From positions 8,184,001 to 8,248,000 of the forward strand of contig CM119385.1 of NCBI GenBank assembly GCA_051294905.1: a stretch of DNA of 64,000 nucleotides, given 5' to 3'. The notes below the pieces were generated by a model, which was not told the origin of the DNA, did not search any database, and saw nothing but the letters and a program-made list of their open reading frames with translations. The DNA is from Botryllus schlosseri (lineage: Eukaryota). The translations under genes and the position numbers were made by a program. The first letter of the stretch is position 1. Every line of letters begins with the position of its first letter. This document shows, one piece after another, positions 49,073 to 61,000 of this stretch.

Positions 49073-50990
49073 CGCCGCAAACTGTATTGTATGCTATATT
49101 ATGTCACGCCATGTCTGCCTTGTTTAGCTACATGATTGAGTGTCAATATTTGATAATGTGTAGCTGCTACGTTATCGTTCTTAGTCAGTAACAAAGAAGT
49201 TTTGGGATTGTTATTTACAAATTTGTCAGTTTGTCTCCGAGGTGGTCAGTACTTCTACTTTATTGCAGTACTCAAGTAGGTTTTGTGAATGCCATATTTG
49301 CATGGATTTTCATCACGTTTACGAGTAGAAATATTATAGCAATGAAATTCAGTTCGATTTGTTATTAACAATTTCATCATTTCCATACACCACAAGACTG
49401 CGATATAACGAACAGATAGGAAGGTGTCGAATCGAGTTTGAGTAGTCTTTGAAATCAGACCCCACCTGCCCTATAGGCGATGTAAAAAAGGAGGCACGCA
49501 CACTGAAGGAAATGTGAAAGAATATAATACAAAAAGACAAGCGGCAAAATGAGGTGGCATACGGAAGACGAAATCGGTTATGTCAGGTCGTGGTCCGGTA
49601 AACCTGAGGGATGACTAGCATTTAATCAGTAGAAATTGCTTGTATTTCGACTTGGATGTGGACATGCTCGACGACTGTCGGATAGCCTGCGTGATACTGT
49701 TCCACACTGCAGCAACCGGGATGTAGCACATCATGAAAATTGCAACTATTTGTCATTGTTATATAATAGAAAAGTTCCATCTCGCAAACTCGAAAACAAA
49801 ATCACAGGCGATGGACAAAAAAGTGTCCGACCTATCGGCCCAACATAACTTCTACAGACTACTTAGTACTCTTCAGATCGCATTTTCTACTTCAACCTCA
49901 AGTAGTTTTTTTCAATGCCATGAAATTCGCTACTTCTACTTGTAATTGAGCAGGGATTCACTTCACTACATCTATAAGTACGTGTCCTCAACGACTATAT
50001 TTTACCACCTCTGGTTTTTCTATCAGAATGTGTATGTATGACACGATAAAATGGATACAATATACATGTCCGACAACATGTTACTCAAACCAATTTTCTG
50101 TGAATCTCGATTCTATACCAGCGAGAAAAAGCGTTGGCCTATGGATGTCTTGATTTTCTCACAAATTCAGGTTTTCCGCGCCATTTTGATGTTCCTTCTA
50201 TTGTGCTCGGGCACACTCACTGTCAAATTGATTGTATGAATATATTTAAGAGATAGTTCAGTCCGAATTCTAAATATATCTCTACAATTACGTATAGTAA
50301 GTCCGAATATATACTTCTACGATCTTAGCGAAAAGACAGTGCATTTACACCATTGTGCAACCACTGATATACGTTTTCCACTGCCTGCTGGCACCGCTCT
50401 GTTCGTGAATCAATACACCAAAATAGATTTACTTCCCGTAAAACAGTGGTTCTTCACATTTACTAGGATATTGAACTAATCTGTAAGCGTTCTGCGTTCC
50501 CAACTTTTTGTCTGGTCACAAAAACAAAAATATACCATACTACACATCTATAATAATATATCACTATAGGATAGGCCTACTGGCGCACAAAATGAACCGT
50601 GCCTCAACAACAACGTCAAAAGAATAAAATCATTGAGACATGATTTTGACACATAACAAACGATTATGATTAGTATTTACTGCAGATCAGTGTTACTTCT
50701 ATGCTGCATGAGTCGTGTGTGTGTCCTGGCGTCCATCGAACCCCTGAGACTGACTCAGCGAACCCGTGGGGCTCGTGTGAACGCCGGTGAAGAACCACTT
50801 CTATAAAGCCGATTTCTGGCTACACGCTATCCTGAGCACCTTTAACAATATGCGCACTTCACGGTATAGCCTATAAATTTAGAACTTTCAGCTGGGATGT
50901 TCGCGATCTAGATATCATTATGATTCTTCGATCTTCGTGTGCCATGATCGCTACATATATTTACATATTGGACAACAAATAAACGCTTCG

Positions 50991-53900
50991 TTAATTTCGG
51001 TGATATCTTAAAATTCGTCTTTGTTTTCTCCTGCGCGCCGAACTTCTCCTCCACCGCCTTGAAAGTCGCCTTATGATTTTCATATCATTCATCTTTCGTC
51101 GTCTCGCAATCTCTTGCCTGTCCGGTAGAATAGGATTTTGATCCGGCCTGAAAGCAAGCGGCCTGACTTTCATCGTCGATCCTTTGAGCGATTCGTGGCA
51201 TCCTCGCCACGTATTCCAGATGATCCCGTCGCTTACTGTGTGAAATTTATGGTATTTGGAATGTATAAGATTAGTCGAACAGTCTATTTGCACTGTACCT
51301 TTCGCAGTGCCGACAGGAAGCTGTTGTGTAGTACGTTTACGTATGCCATTCAAATTGGCCGAGAAACAGTCGCTGTACCACCAACCCCCTCTTCCGTGAT
51401 CTGAAATGAATTGTTGGGTTCAAGACCACTCGAAAATCCCGCAGGATATGGTATCAGCCGTGAATCGATAAAAAATAAATACACGTGAAAATTTTTGGCA
51501 GGCCCGCGCGAGTTGTTGATATTTTGACATTTGATGGAGAGTTGCCGAATGCCCACCCTCGTAGTCTTTTATACAACCATTGGTGGTCAGTGTAGTCAGC
51601 GATCTCAAGTATAGAACTTTATATACTCGATTACAAGAAGAAATATATATTTCACACATGAAAGGGATGCAATGTTACCTCAAATTAGTAAAACCATGAG
51701 TAGTCGAAAAACATGCCCACTGGAGTACGCCCTGGTATAGGTAGGCAAAATCTACTTCAGTACTGTGAAAACGTAGAAGTACTTCGTTTCTGACCACATA
51801 TGTTTACGGCAATAGTTACTTTGTTGTGAAAAACTTCTGATAATATAAAGATATTACATCAGCCAAGGTATAATTATTCGATTACCGGCACAATTTCCCT
51901 GAGTGCGGTCGTTGTCATGGTCTTTTGTGGTAAACTCTACCCCGCGATGACCAGCTGCGACGATATTCGGAGTTGTGTTGTTGGAACATACGCTCTGTGT
52001 GTTTGTTCCTAAGGCATCGCCCACGTTGCCCGCTGGGTCCGCTAAATATCCATCAATGGCTTTTAGCTTGTATCCATTCATTTCATCATCGACGGCGAAA
52101 TATCTTTAAAACCAATGCTGCACGATAATACGAACATATTTGCCGTAACATGCAATGACTTAACATACCTATATATCGCAAATCTATCCACACCATCCCA
52201 CGATAACAAGTCGATTTTCAGTTCTGTCAAGTTTTGTCGTGTCGACCTGCGTCAAATTTGTAGATGAATGCATCGTATATTCTTGTGTTGGAAAGATTCG
52301 CTTACATGTGAATGTATTCATTTCCTATCCAGTATTCCCAGTTTTTGTTATGTTCCTTCTGCCCGAAACCCCATTTGTAGTCCTCCCAGTTGCGGTCAAA
52401 ATCTACCTGCCCGTTGTATCGTCGCTGGATAACTGTCCAGCCTCCACCGCTGTCCTTCATGTCGCAGTAGACCTTCGAAAGGTCGTTGTCGGAGTTACAA
52501 TTTCACGTCGACGCGATTTTCAAAACGGACTTATCGATACTCCATGAGTAAAACATGTACGGATTTCAATAATACAGTACACAGCACGGCACGACACGGT
52601 GCAATTATTGCTAAAACCCAGGGTTGTAACCAAGTCACATGGTTCCGAGTCACGAGTCAATCTTACTTTTGAGGTTTTGACTCGAGTCAAGTCGAGTCAT
52701 TTTCAGTTCATCACCGAGTCGAGTCCGAGTCCAAGTCCCCGTTTAAAGGGTCAAGTCCGAGTCATGGTGTTATGACTCGAGTCCGAGTCCGAGTCACAGT
52801 ATTGAAGTCACGTTCAACTCATGTTTTCAATCCTGCTTGGGTGATGTCGAATTCCGATGCTACAGATCGACAAGACAGGCCAATATGATAATTCTACTAA
52901 TCTTAGAACTTAAAATCAAATATCTGTCTTGTCATGTCAGTCCGATATACATCACAAATATAAGCATTTAGTTTTTTTTTCGATCACATCGACGACAGCT
53001 CATAAATAGCTGATGGAGCCAACGAATTCACGTCTACATGCTATCTGATATAGAACCAACGAATTCGCGTCTAGATACCAGCTAATAGAGAATCAACAAA
53101 TGCATGTTTATGTCTGGAGAGGTATTTTCACCAGGCCAGCATGCTGTAAAAGCGTGCATGCAGCTATGTGCAGTGACAAAAGAACGGATACATTTTGATA
53201 TTACTAAAGGTTTTCCCAATTGCATTACAGACTACATCGCAGTTACAGCATTGGAGAAATAATTGTACAACGGAGCTGTTCAAAATCATTTTTTCAAATT
53301 TTCCGAATACTTCTTAAAATTGTACATAGTAATTGTACATAGTAAAGTCATGCTCATGTCACATCGATAGGATTATTTATCAGCCTAATGCCTGTGCGCA
53401 ATGCATCACTGAGCTATATAAACACCGCACACCTGCTGGTATCCAACCGTTTATGGTCACGACTCCATTTCCAATATGAAAATGTTCCGTGGCCCAACTC
53501 AAAATTTGATAGGCTGATTACTAATTAAAGGTCGGCACATTTGCCCAGACTTATCCACGGCATATTTGGAAACTGATTTGATTGCATTCAACATCTTCAC
53601 GAACCCAACAATAAAGGCAACTTACCCCCAGGTTTAGAACCTCTATCTTTGAATAAAGCATTGAAACGGCGTAAACCGACTCTACGAATATACCGTTATC
53701 TTGTATTTGTAATTGCGATTACAATTAGACTTATTTCTGTAAATGAATGTTATTTTTATTTATCTTTGATCGCAGTTTTTGCGAGGGTGGTAGTCCCCAT
53801 ATTAAAGCCGACACATGTGATACTAAATCGCGCGTAGCGCGAACAAAAATTTCACGTAGCATAAATCTACCCAAACATAATATTGTTTATATGGATTTAG

Positions 53901-55609
53901 GAAAAAAATACGAGCTTGCTTCAAAATTCCAGACAGTTAGGCATATTATCGAAATTCATCCGGGATGCAGTTTTAACAGTGAAATTCCGGACATGTCCGG
54001 GAAATTCCTGACGTCTGGCAACCCTACCTTAGAATATACCCACCTCTAATGAATACACGTTCCAATGGTGCACTAGATGCAGGAATGGACAAGCATTTTT
54101 GAACCACACTGAAGAGCTTCAAATCCACACAAGAGCTTATCAGTCTAGCTCTTCCAAGCACTTGACCATCTGAGTCATTGCATTGGCTCTAATTGAACTT
54201 TGCTTCGATTGTTTGCTTGTATAATAGAAAAGTCTTGAGTACATTGATTGCGGAGGATCTATTACACCTTTATCACTGGATTATTTTGTGCAGTGCATTG
54301 CTAATATGTACCATTGTCTGTTGTTTTTACGGCCGCATATCTGATATCAGACGAGTGCATCGGAAGCAGTGGTGACAAATAGCGATGGCGGCAGAATTCG
54401 TCAGATGCGTTGATCTAGCCATTACGATTTGCAAATTTCTTCATCTTCAAGTCATATAAAATAAGCCGAGTCAATGACTTGGGTCGAGTCATGCGTAATG
54501 ACTCGAGTACAAGTCGAGTCAATCCAAATATTGACTCGAGTCGACTCGAGTCATTTTCCCATTTCAAGAAAGTGACTCGAGTCAAGTCGAGTCACAAAAA
54601 AATCGTGACTCGAGTCGAGTCATGACTCGAGTCATTACAACCCTGCTAAAACCTATTAATTATCTTAGCCATATAGGCCCCTACTGCTATCTTTATTCAT
54701 TTATGCTTCGAGAGGTATAATACTTCATAGGTTTCAGTAAGTTCTAAAGAAGATATATATTTTGAGTTCAGTAATAATTCCGTGTGCTCAATCACATACT
54801 TTGATTAGTCTGTTTGATCCCATTGGACGAATGAAGTAGAAACCATTCTTTCTACCGCCTTTGCTGTGGATTTCGGCGCAATTTCTCCCAGTTAAAACCG
54901 GAATTCTTTTGTCTCCTCGTGCGAATTTTTCTCGGTAAGCACGACTCTTACAGGAATAGTCCAGGGAAAGGGATTCGACCTGCGAAATACTAGCTATGTT
55001 AATCATATCGAGCGACATCTGCTGCGTCATACACAACTTACATTCGCAGCTTTGATTGCAGCGTGAAGTTCCTTGTTGAGAGTAGCTGTGCCGGCGATAT
55101 CAACGTCCGAAATTACTGTATCGGTCTTTCTACTCAACCTTATAACGTCTGCCAATTCCTTCTTTCTTTTCCGGTAGCTTTCTGATACATTGAGCGCATT
55201 TGTATGAATTCAATGTGGCTGATGTCATTTTCAATTCCAGTACCGGCTGATGTTTGAATCTGTTTGTGAGTGTTCCTAACGTTATCAAGATCTATCATTG
55301 CTGCCTTTACTCTGGAGTTCAATAGCGCCTTCTTTTCCACCTGTATCTTATGAAGGAGTTCCTCAGTTGGGCATGTAGAGTTCTGAAGATCGTACCTAAT
55401 GCAAAAATACCCCTATGCTTGTCAATTACTTATCAATGTAATTACCCATCTTAAATTCCCACAAAACTCTTGTCCGCTGCTTACTTGAAGAAAGCGCGCC
55501 GTTTCAAATAGCTGAAACAGATGTTACATACTAAATTTCTACCCGAAAATGCGGCATTTTACGTAATGAAATAGCTGTCACTTACTAGTAATAAGAGACA
55601 CATTTCCAT
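50991..55609 (-). CDS. Secreted fibrinogen-like protein (signal peptide + coiled coil + FReD + Arg-rich tail), 'gene B', alpha-chain-like N-terminus
   Basis: Exons 55609-55586, 55511-55446, 55382-55244, 55181-55042, 54979-54800, 52472-52306, 52246-52169, 52103-51886, 51400-51299, 51235-50991, all phases consistent. [21 protein letters not shown] signal; FCGNLRWNSTCPT; [12 protein letters not shown]; [18 protein letters not shown]; EYWIGNE; FTTKDHDND; [15 protein letters not shown]; [21 protein letters not shown]. Confidence 0.9.
52619..54645 (-). mobile_element. 2.0-kb deleted hAT transposon, likely parent type of the GACTCGAGTC MITEs
   Basis: TIRs CAGGGTTGTAA / TTACAACCCTG; perfect TSD CTAAAACC; contains a transposase remnant. 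Confidence 0.85.
54027..54130 (-). pseudogene. hAT transposase C-terminal dimerization domain remnant
   Basis: Reads [34 protein letters not shown], matching the h[17 protein letters not shown] motif; followed by a TAGGGTTGCCAG element end. Confidence 0.75.
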
Positions 55610-56569
55610 TCTATCAAATATTTTGAATTTCTATTTCTCTGAACTGCGTTAATGTCGTGGCAAATAAATAATTCTTACGAAGAGATCAACAAAGATTAGG
55701 TCTTATACGTTCATTATGAGACATGAACGCAAATATTTTCGGAAGTTATCTTTACTGTGGATTTTAGAGTACGGGATTGTTTGTTCCATTCTACGCAGCA
55801 TTCTTTCCGATGACATTTACATGCTGACGTGCTACGTGAAACTGCAAACTAGTGCAATCTGTCAACACATAGTGGGCGCAAAGTCAAAAGATTGAATCGA
55901 CATCTTTTGATTCATCTCATGTCTGTTTTGTCATAATCAAAATGTACGAATCCAGAGGTTTGATTTTACGATACTATTACTATTACATCTTTTTGTTACA
56001 TACTTTGTTGCGCCGACCGCCGTTAGCAGGCGATATGTACAAACGTAAGACCTTGGTAGCTTCCGCACCCTATCCAACGGCCACTTGTAAATGAATATAA
56101 CTTTTTTAATTACACGAGCTTCCGGAGCTCTGCTCCTTCATCAGGTGTTAAAGCGACAGTAACGCAGAAGAGCAATCTTTTTGTTAGTGATTGTTGTTCA
56201 CTCACTGACATATAGTGGCTTTTTAATTCAGTGTTCTTACTATTTCGCTATATAGGTTGATGTGTCCTGTCTGAATCGTAATGGTCTCAGCGTCTTACTA
56301 ATTATCTGAATAGAATCTAGGAAGAACCGATAACAAGAAATTGCATTCGCATATACATGATGATACTATTGAACAGGCATAGCAATGGCAGATGAATGTG
56401 GAGTTCATCATTGAATACCCCAGGCATCGCCATCATCATTCGCTGCAGTATTTGTATATTTACTCGTAATCCAAAATCTTTATATGTAGGCTATGCATAT
56501 GAGAGAGTAGAATTATGAGGTCAGGATACAGGATCTTGTATTTTTTGCTTAGCTGCTGGACTGTCCATT

Positions 56570-57262
56570 ATAGGTTTGAGGGTTCAACCTCTGCGATGCA
56601 ATCTCGTTGTGCCTTTTGAACTCGACTGGGAATTTTGAAAAAATCGTATTAGTCGCGCGGAGTTCCGCTTGAATTTACATTATACAATATTTAATCTCAA
56701 GTTCAGCCTTCACAATTTCTTCCCCTGCTGTTCTTGTCGGCTTAGTTTGACTCTGTCGGGTGGCAGGCGATAGTCATTCGCCGGGGTGGTTCTTTTTCTG
56801 GTCACTGGTGTCAATGACGTGGTAGTATTCAAATTATCATGTGGAATCGGTTCGGATGTGCCAGCAGCTGATGGCAGGTAGGCCTATGTCAGATCACAGT
56901 TTTGTGAACCCGGGATGCCTTCTGCAAAAATAGCTCCTCCAATGAAGCTTGCTATTCTAAAATACAATTCCAAAGGATATCTTGCTCCATTTTCACCACT
57001 CCCAGTACTGCCTAATTATTTTGTAGTCCGTCACATATTTCTTTGCAAGAGACTTCAAGTCGAACCACTTTGTTTTTACTCTTTCTGCCTCCAACTTCGG
57101 TCCAAAGCCTACGGCATTTATTGTTTCGGTCATTTCCGACCACCTTCCGTCAACCATTGCCTTTGTTTTCGAACCGGATATGTCTCCGGTAAGAACATGA
57201 TAGTTTTCTTCTACCTTCCCAACGAGCAGATTAACCTCTTCCGTACACCACGACCTTGACAT
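56570..57262 (-). pseudogene. Myb/SANT-like DNA-binding protein of PIF/Harbinger ORF1 type, frameshifted
   Basis: WCTEEVNLLVGKVEENYHVLTG..RWSEMTETINAVG..VKTKWFDLKSLAKK; continues after a frameshift with TGSG..IASFIG..EGIPG and a degenerate coiled-coil tail. Confidence 0.75.
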
Positions 57263-58053
57263 GATGCGGACTTCTTGTCAAAGTTAGTACACTCTTCCGA
57301 CTGCCTTACTAATTCCCGAAAGTGTCGCGATAGATAGTCGGTTGTCTCGCGAATCCTATTTGGACTTTCGGAAAAAAAGCATTCAGACAAGAATATGCGA
57401 TTTGAAACCGTGTGGATGAGAACAATTAGGACATTGCCGACAGCGTAGGAAAATTGCCATGTCATATCTGGACTGTTATGCGGAAAACTTTGGTATCGAA
57501 AATAGTCTTCAATTCGTTTCAAGCTCATCATTAATCAAGATGTAAACAAATATTAATGCGGGAATAAGCAGCTCATTGATTAACGAAATAAAGTGTGGAA
57601 GTTTCCCTAACTCGTCACGAACAGACGTTACGAGTACGAAAAGAATATGTAGGCCCTACTATGCCTTATTTTGAAGACAAATATTCTGTTCAGTTAAGAA
57701 AGTCATGAACACGATCACGAATGAGCATGTAATACACCTCGAGGAAGTTCCACTTCAACGCAACTCCAGAGATTTCACCATATAGTGCTTGGCCTTAGAT
57801 ATACGATATGCGAGATAAATAAGGCCACTCTGTATTCGTCGATAAAACACTGAAATTTTACAGTCCACACGATAACCCAAACTCTAAATTCACGCTGTCC
57901 AAGTGTCCATTGTTGTTAAAGAGTTATCAAAAGTATATAAGATAGGTAACTGCGAGTCTGAAACTCAAATTCCCGCCAATCACATTATATTTCTTTCAGT
58001 CATCAGGTCTCTTTGAAATAACAAACAGTATATAATATCTATTGTGTAGTTCA

Positions 58054-61000
58054 TTACGATCTCCCATCGAAACCATAAGGGCGCAGCTTAATTTCTGTTT
58101 TTCGTAAAGAATATTTTCTTCCCCTCCATGATGGCCATATTATTCCCGTGGGTTGTAACCGCGGGTCGAAAGTACCTGGTAATAAATGTACTCGCCTAAT
58201 AACAATATCCAGCAATAGCAATTTTACCACAATTAATTACCTTCATGATAAAATCCATTCAGGTTCGCCCCCTGACATGAGTCGGCCCACCAGCCTTCGA
58301 ACGTATTCAGACAAGATTGCGTCAAGTGCAACTTTTTGTCCCGCGAAGAAAATTTCGCACGAGTTTGTGGTCCTGAAATTCTGAAGAACAACATCGGAAT
58401 GTTTGCGCTTGGTTGATTGGGTCGATGTCTATCGCGACCCGAGTTGTCATCCATAGAGGTAGAGCTCGTTTCACTGTGATGGTGCATCTGCACCGGTATC
58501 CGATATAGTGTTTATATGTCCAAGCACGAATAGGTATCATATAGTAAAGGGCTATATATGTGATCACAAGTATTAGTCAACACTTCTAGCAAATTGTATT
58601 GCATAGATATTTTTGATAATGATTCCGCGGTATATTCACGATAACGCGGTGGATAATGCTGATTTCAGGGTGTCCTGTTTGTAGATTGGCAACATAAGAA
58701 ATTACCTTACATCATAGAATCAGAGCAGTTGCTCACATCTTGTTCGTAGTATGACAGTTGAACGGTGTAAAGGTGCTCGGCAGAATTGACTTTGAAGTAG
58801 GAGTACTGCGCCACTCTAGTTACGTCATCCCAGTCTGTCATGACGATGCGAATGGTCTGAAACCCAGCTTTGCCAATCTCAACAAGATTCTCATTTCCCA
58901 GCCAGAACTCTGTTGAACAGGACGCCTGGCCAAAACCTAAACAGAAAAAGGCAAGTTTAATTCTTATGCGATCAAAATAGCATAAACGGGGACACTTGCA
59001 CCCTTTTCCGCGAAAATTTGAAATTTTAAAGATTGTGGTGCCTTTCGACCGATTAGGCAATCTTCACATTGCTCTGAGCTCGAACTTTGATTGTGCCTGT
59101 ATTTCTGATAGGGTATTTCCAGAAAACGAGCAGAATCGTCTTGATAATATGGTTTGTGCCGGCGCTACAATTTAAATTATTCCTGACTTCGACCTGGCAG
59201 AATGATTCGAGTGCTCGAATCCGAATCGAGTATATTAATTGTAACGATTCGAGTCGGAAACTGAGAGACGTTTTTCTCAAGCACTGAAACTAAACGCCCT
59301 TTTCTCTAAGAGTTTTATTATCTACGAAAATTACATAGTTTCGATGCTTTTTTCCCACCGTGGAAACTTTGAAACCTTCGATTAATCCGGTCGTAAGATC
59401 CAAAACATGTAGGACACGTCTACTCGCATTATAGTGCAAATAGCAATTTTCTGAAGAAGTGATCAGTGTAGGGTTGCATTTAAAACAAAAATGAATTCAA
59501 GCATACATGTTTGAAACATGGCCCGTTTTACGACGTGCTTTTATGGTTTGTTTTTTGTTTGTTTTTTGGCCATGACGTAACAAGTCTTTAAATGGTGACG
59601 TCAGTGTGAAGTGACATTGACTATTGAAAATGCATTGTAAGGATGACTCCTTTGACGAAAAAGGCTTCCGTCACCTGCCTTAAACGGCCCAAAAAATATA
59701 TTTGAACCAATCCATATCGCATACGGCGACTATATTGGGTGCAAATCGTCCGCGTAGGCTCATACTACCAGTTTTTTTTTTAAAGTATTTACACAACTAT
59801 TCGTAATCGAATCGTTCATACACGCTCGGTTTTTCTCATCCCTAATCGTGATTCGTTCTGAAATTGGTAACAACTGCGGACTATGACGAGGTTCGATTCA
59901 TTACCGGCTGCGTACTCTGCCCAGGTCCTGTTAAAATCCACGGAACCGTCAACCCGTCTCTGAACAACAGTCCAACCACCTCCCGAATCCTAAAAACGTT
60001 AACCAAAATTAAAGAAATATGAACCCGATCGACGATTCATCGTATTACATCCATGTCGCAGAAAACGTAGAACGAGTTCACGGGCTTTCGCGGAGTGATC
60101 CGATATATGCCGCTGTCTTGATATGAAATATTATTGTGTTAGATTCGATCGTCCATCACTGACCAATGAATATGACAACCAGCCTTCTTCAAGTTTCCTA
60201 ATCAGACTAGCTAGACCCAGTGGTTCCCAACCTGTTTCGACTCTTCGCCCCCTTATCCAGCTCGACACAAATCTATAAACGGGAAGTTCATTCACCTGCT
60301 GTGTTTATTCAATTGCGATCGTTGTAGAATTGACTAAAAAGAGTGATTTTTTCCGAGTAGGTGCTCGTAAAACCGGTTCCCGGGTCTACTTTCCGTTGAG
60401 TTGACCTTTTTTGCTTCATATCTCACAAGACGTTCTAAAATTATCGCCCGCCCCTATCGCCCCTAAGGTATTTTCTCCCCTTGTTTCTCAAAATCGCCCA
60501 CTGGGGGCGATATTGTCCACGTTGGGAACCACTGAGTTAGCGCGAAATGTCGGTTATCTAATTTGTGAAAAGTGTCTATGCTCTAATTTTAATTCTAATC
60601 CAACTTCTGGTTTTCCTGAAAATGCTACAGGACAACTGCATAGTGCGCCATTCCCATGCTTACGAGAATGAATTCTGAGTTGATATGAACTGAACTTGAT
60701 TTTCGTTATATATATTTCTAATTATTTATTTCTAATTATTCTATGTCCTAGTTTTTGCGAACTCAGTAATTATAATCCTAATAAAATTTGGGAAAATTCT
60801 AATATATTTTGGAGAAGCTGAATATTTTCTAGTTGTGGAACCCTGACTGGATGTGCTACCTCGATGTCCCTTGCTGTGAAGCTCAGCGCAGCTCTTCGCC
60901 TGCGGCGCCTCGAACAGCGGACACACCGCGCCATCTTCTGACTCGCGAATCATAGTGGCCGACGCTCTTTGGGCCGCTTTCAAGCATAACGTGTCGTCGT

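Noticed and set aside
58176-58240. Apparent frameshift or pseudogenization of gene A at the last intron
   Set aside because: Using the CAG acceptor at 58176 (65-bp intron) instead of the nearer TAG restores the frame.
60860-60875. GHR as a fibrin B-knob in gene A
   Set aside because: It lies inside the FReD start (HSKGHRDSG), not at a cleavable N-terminus.
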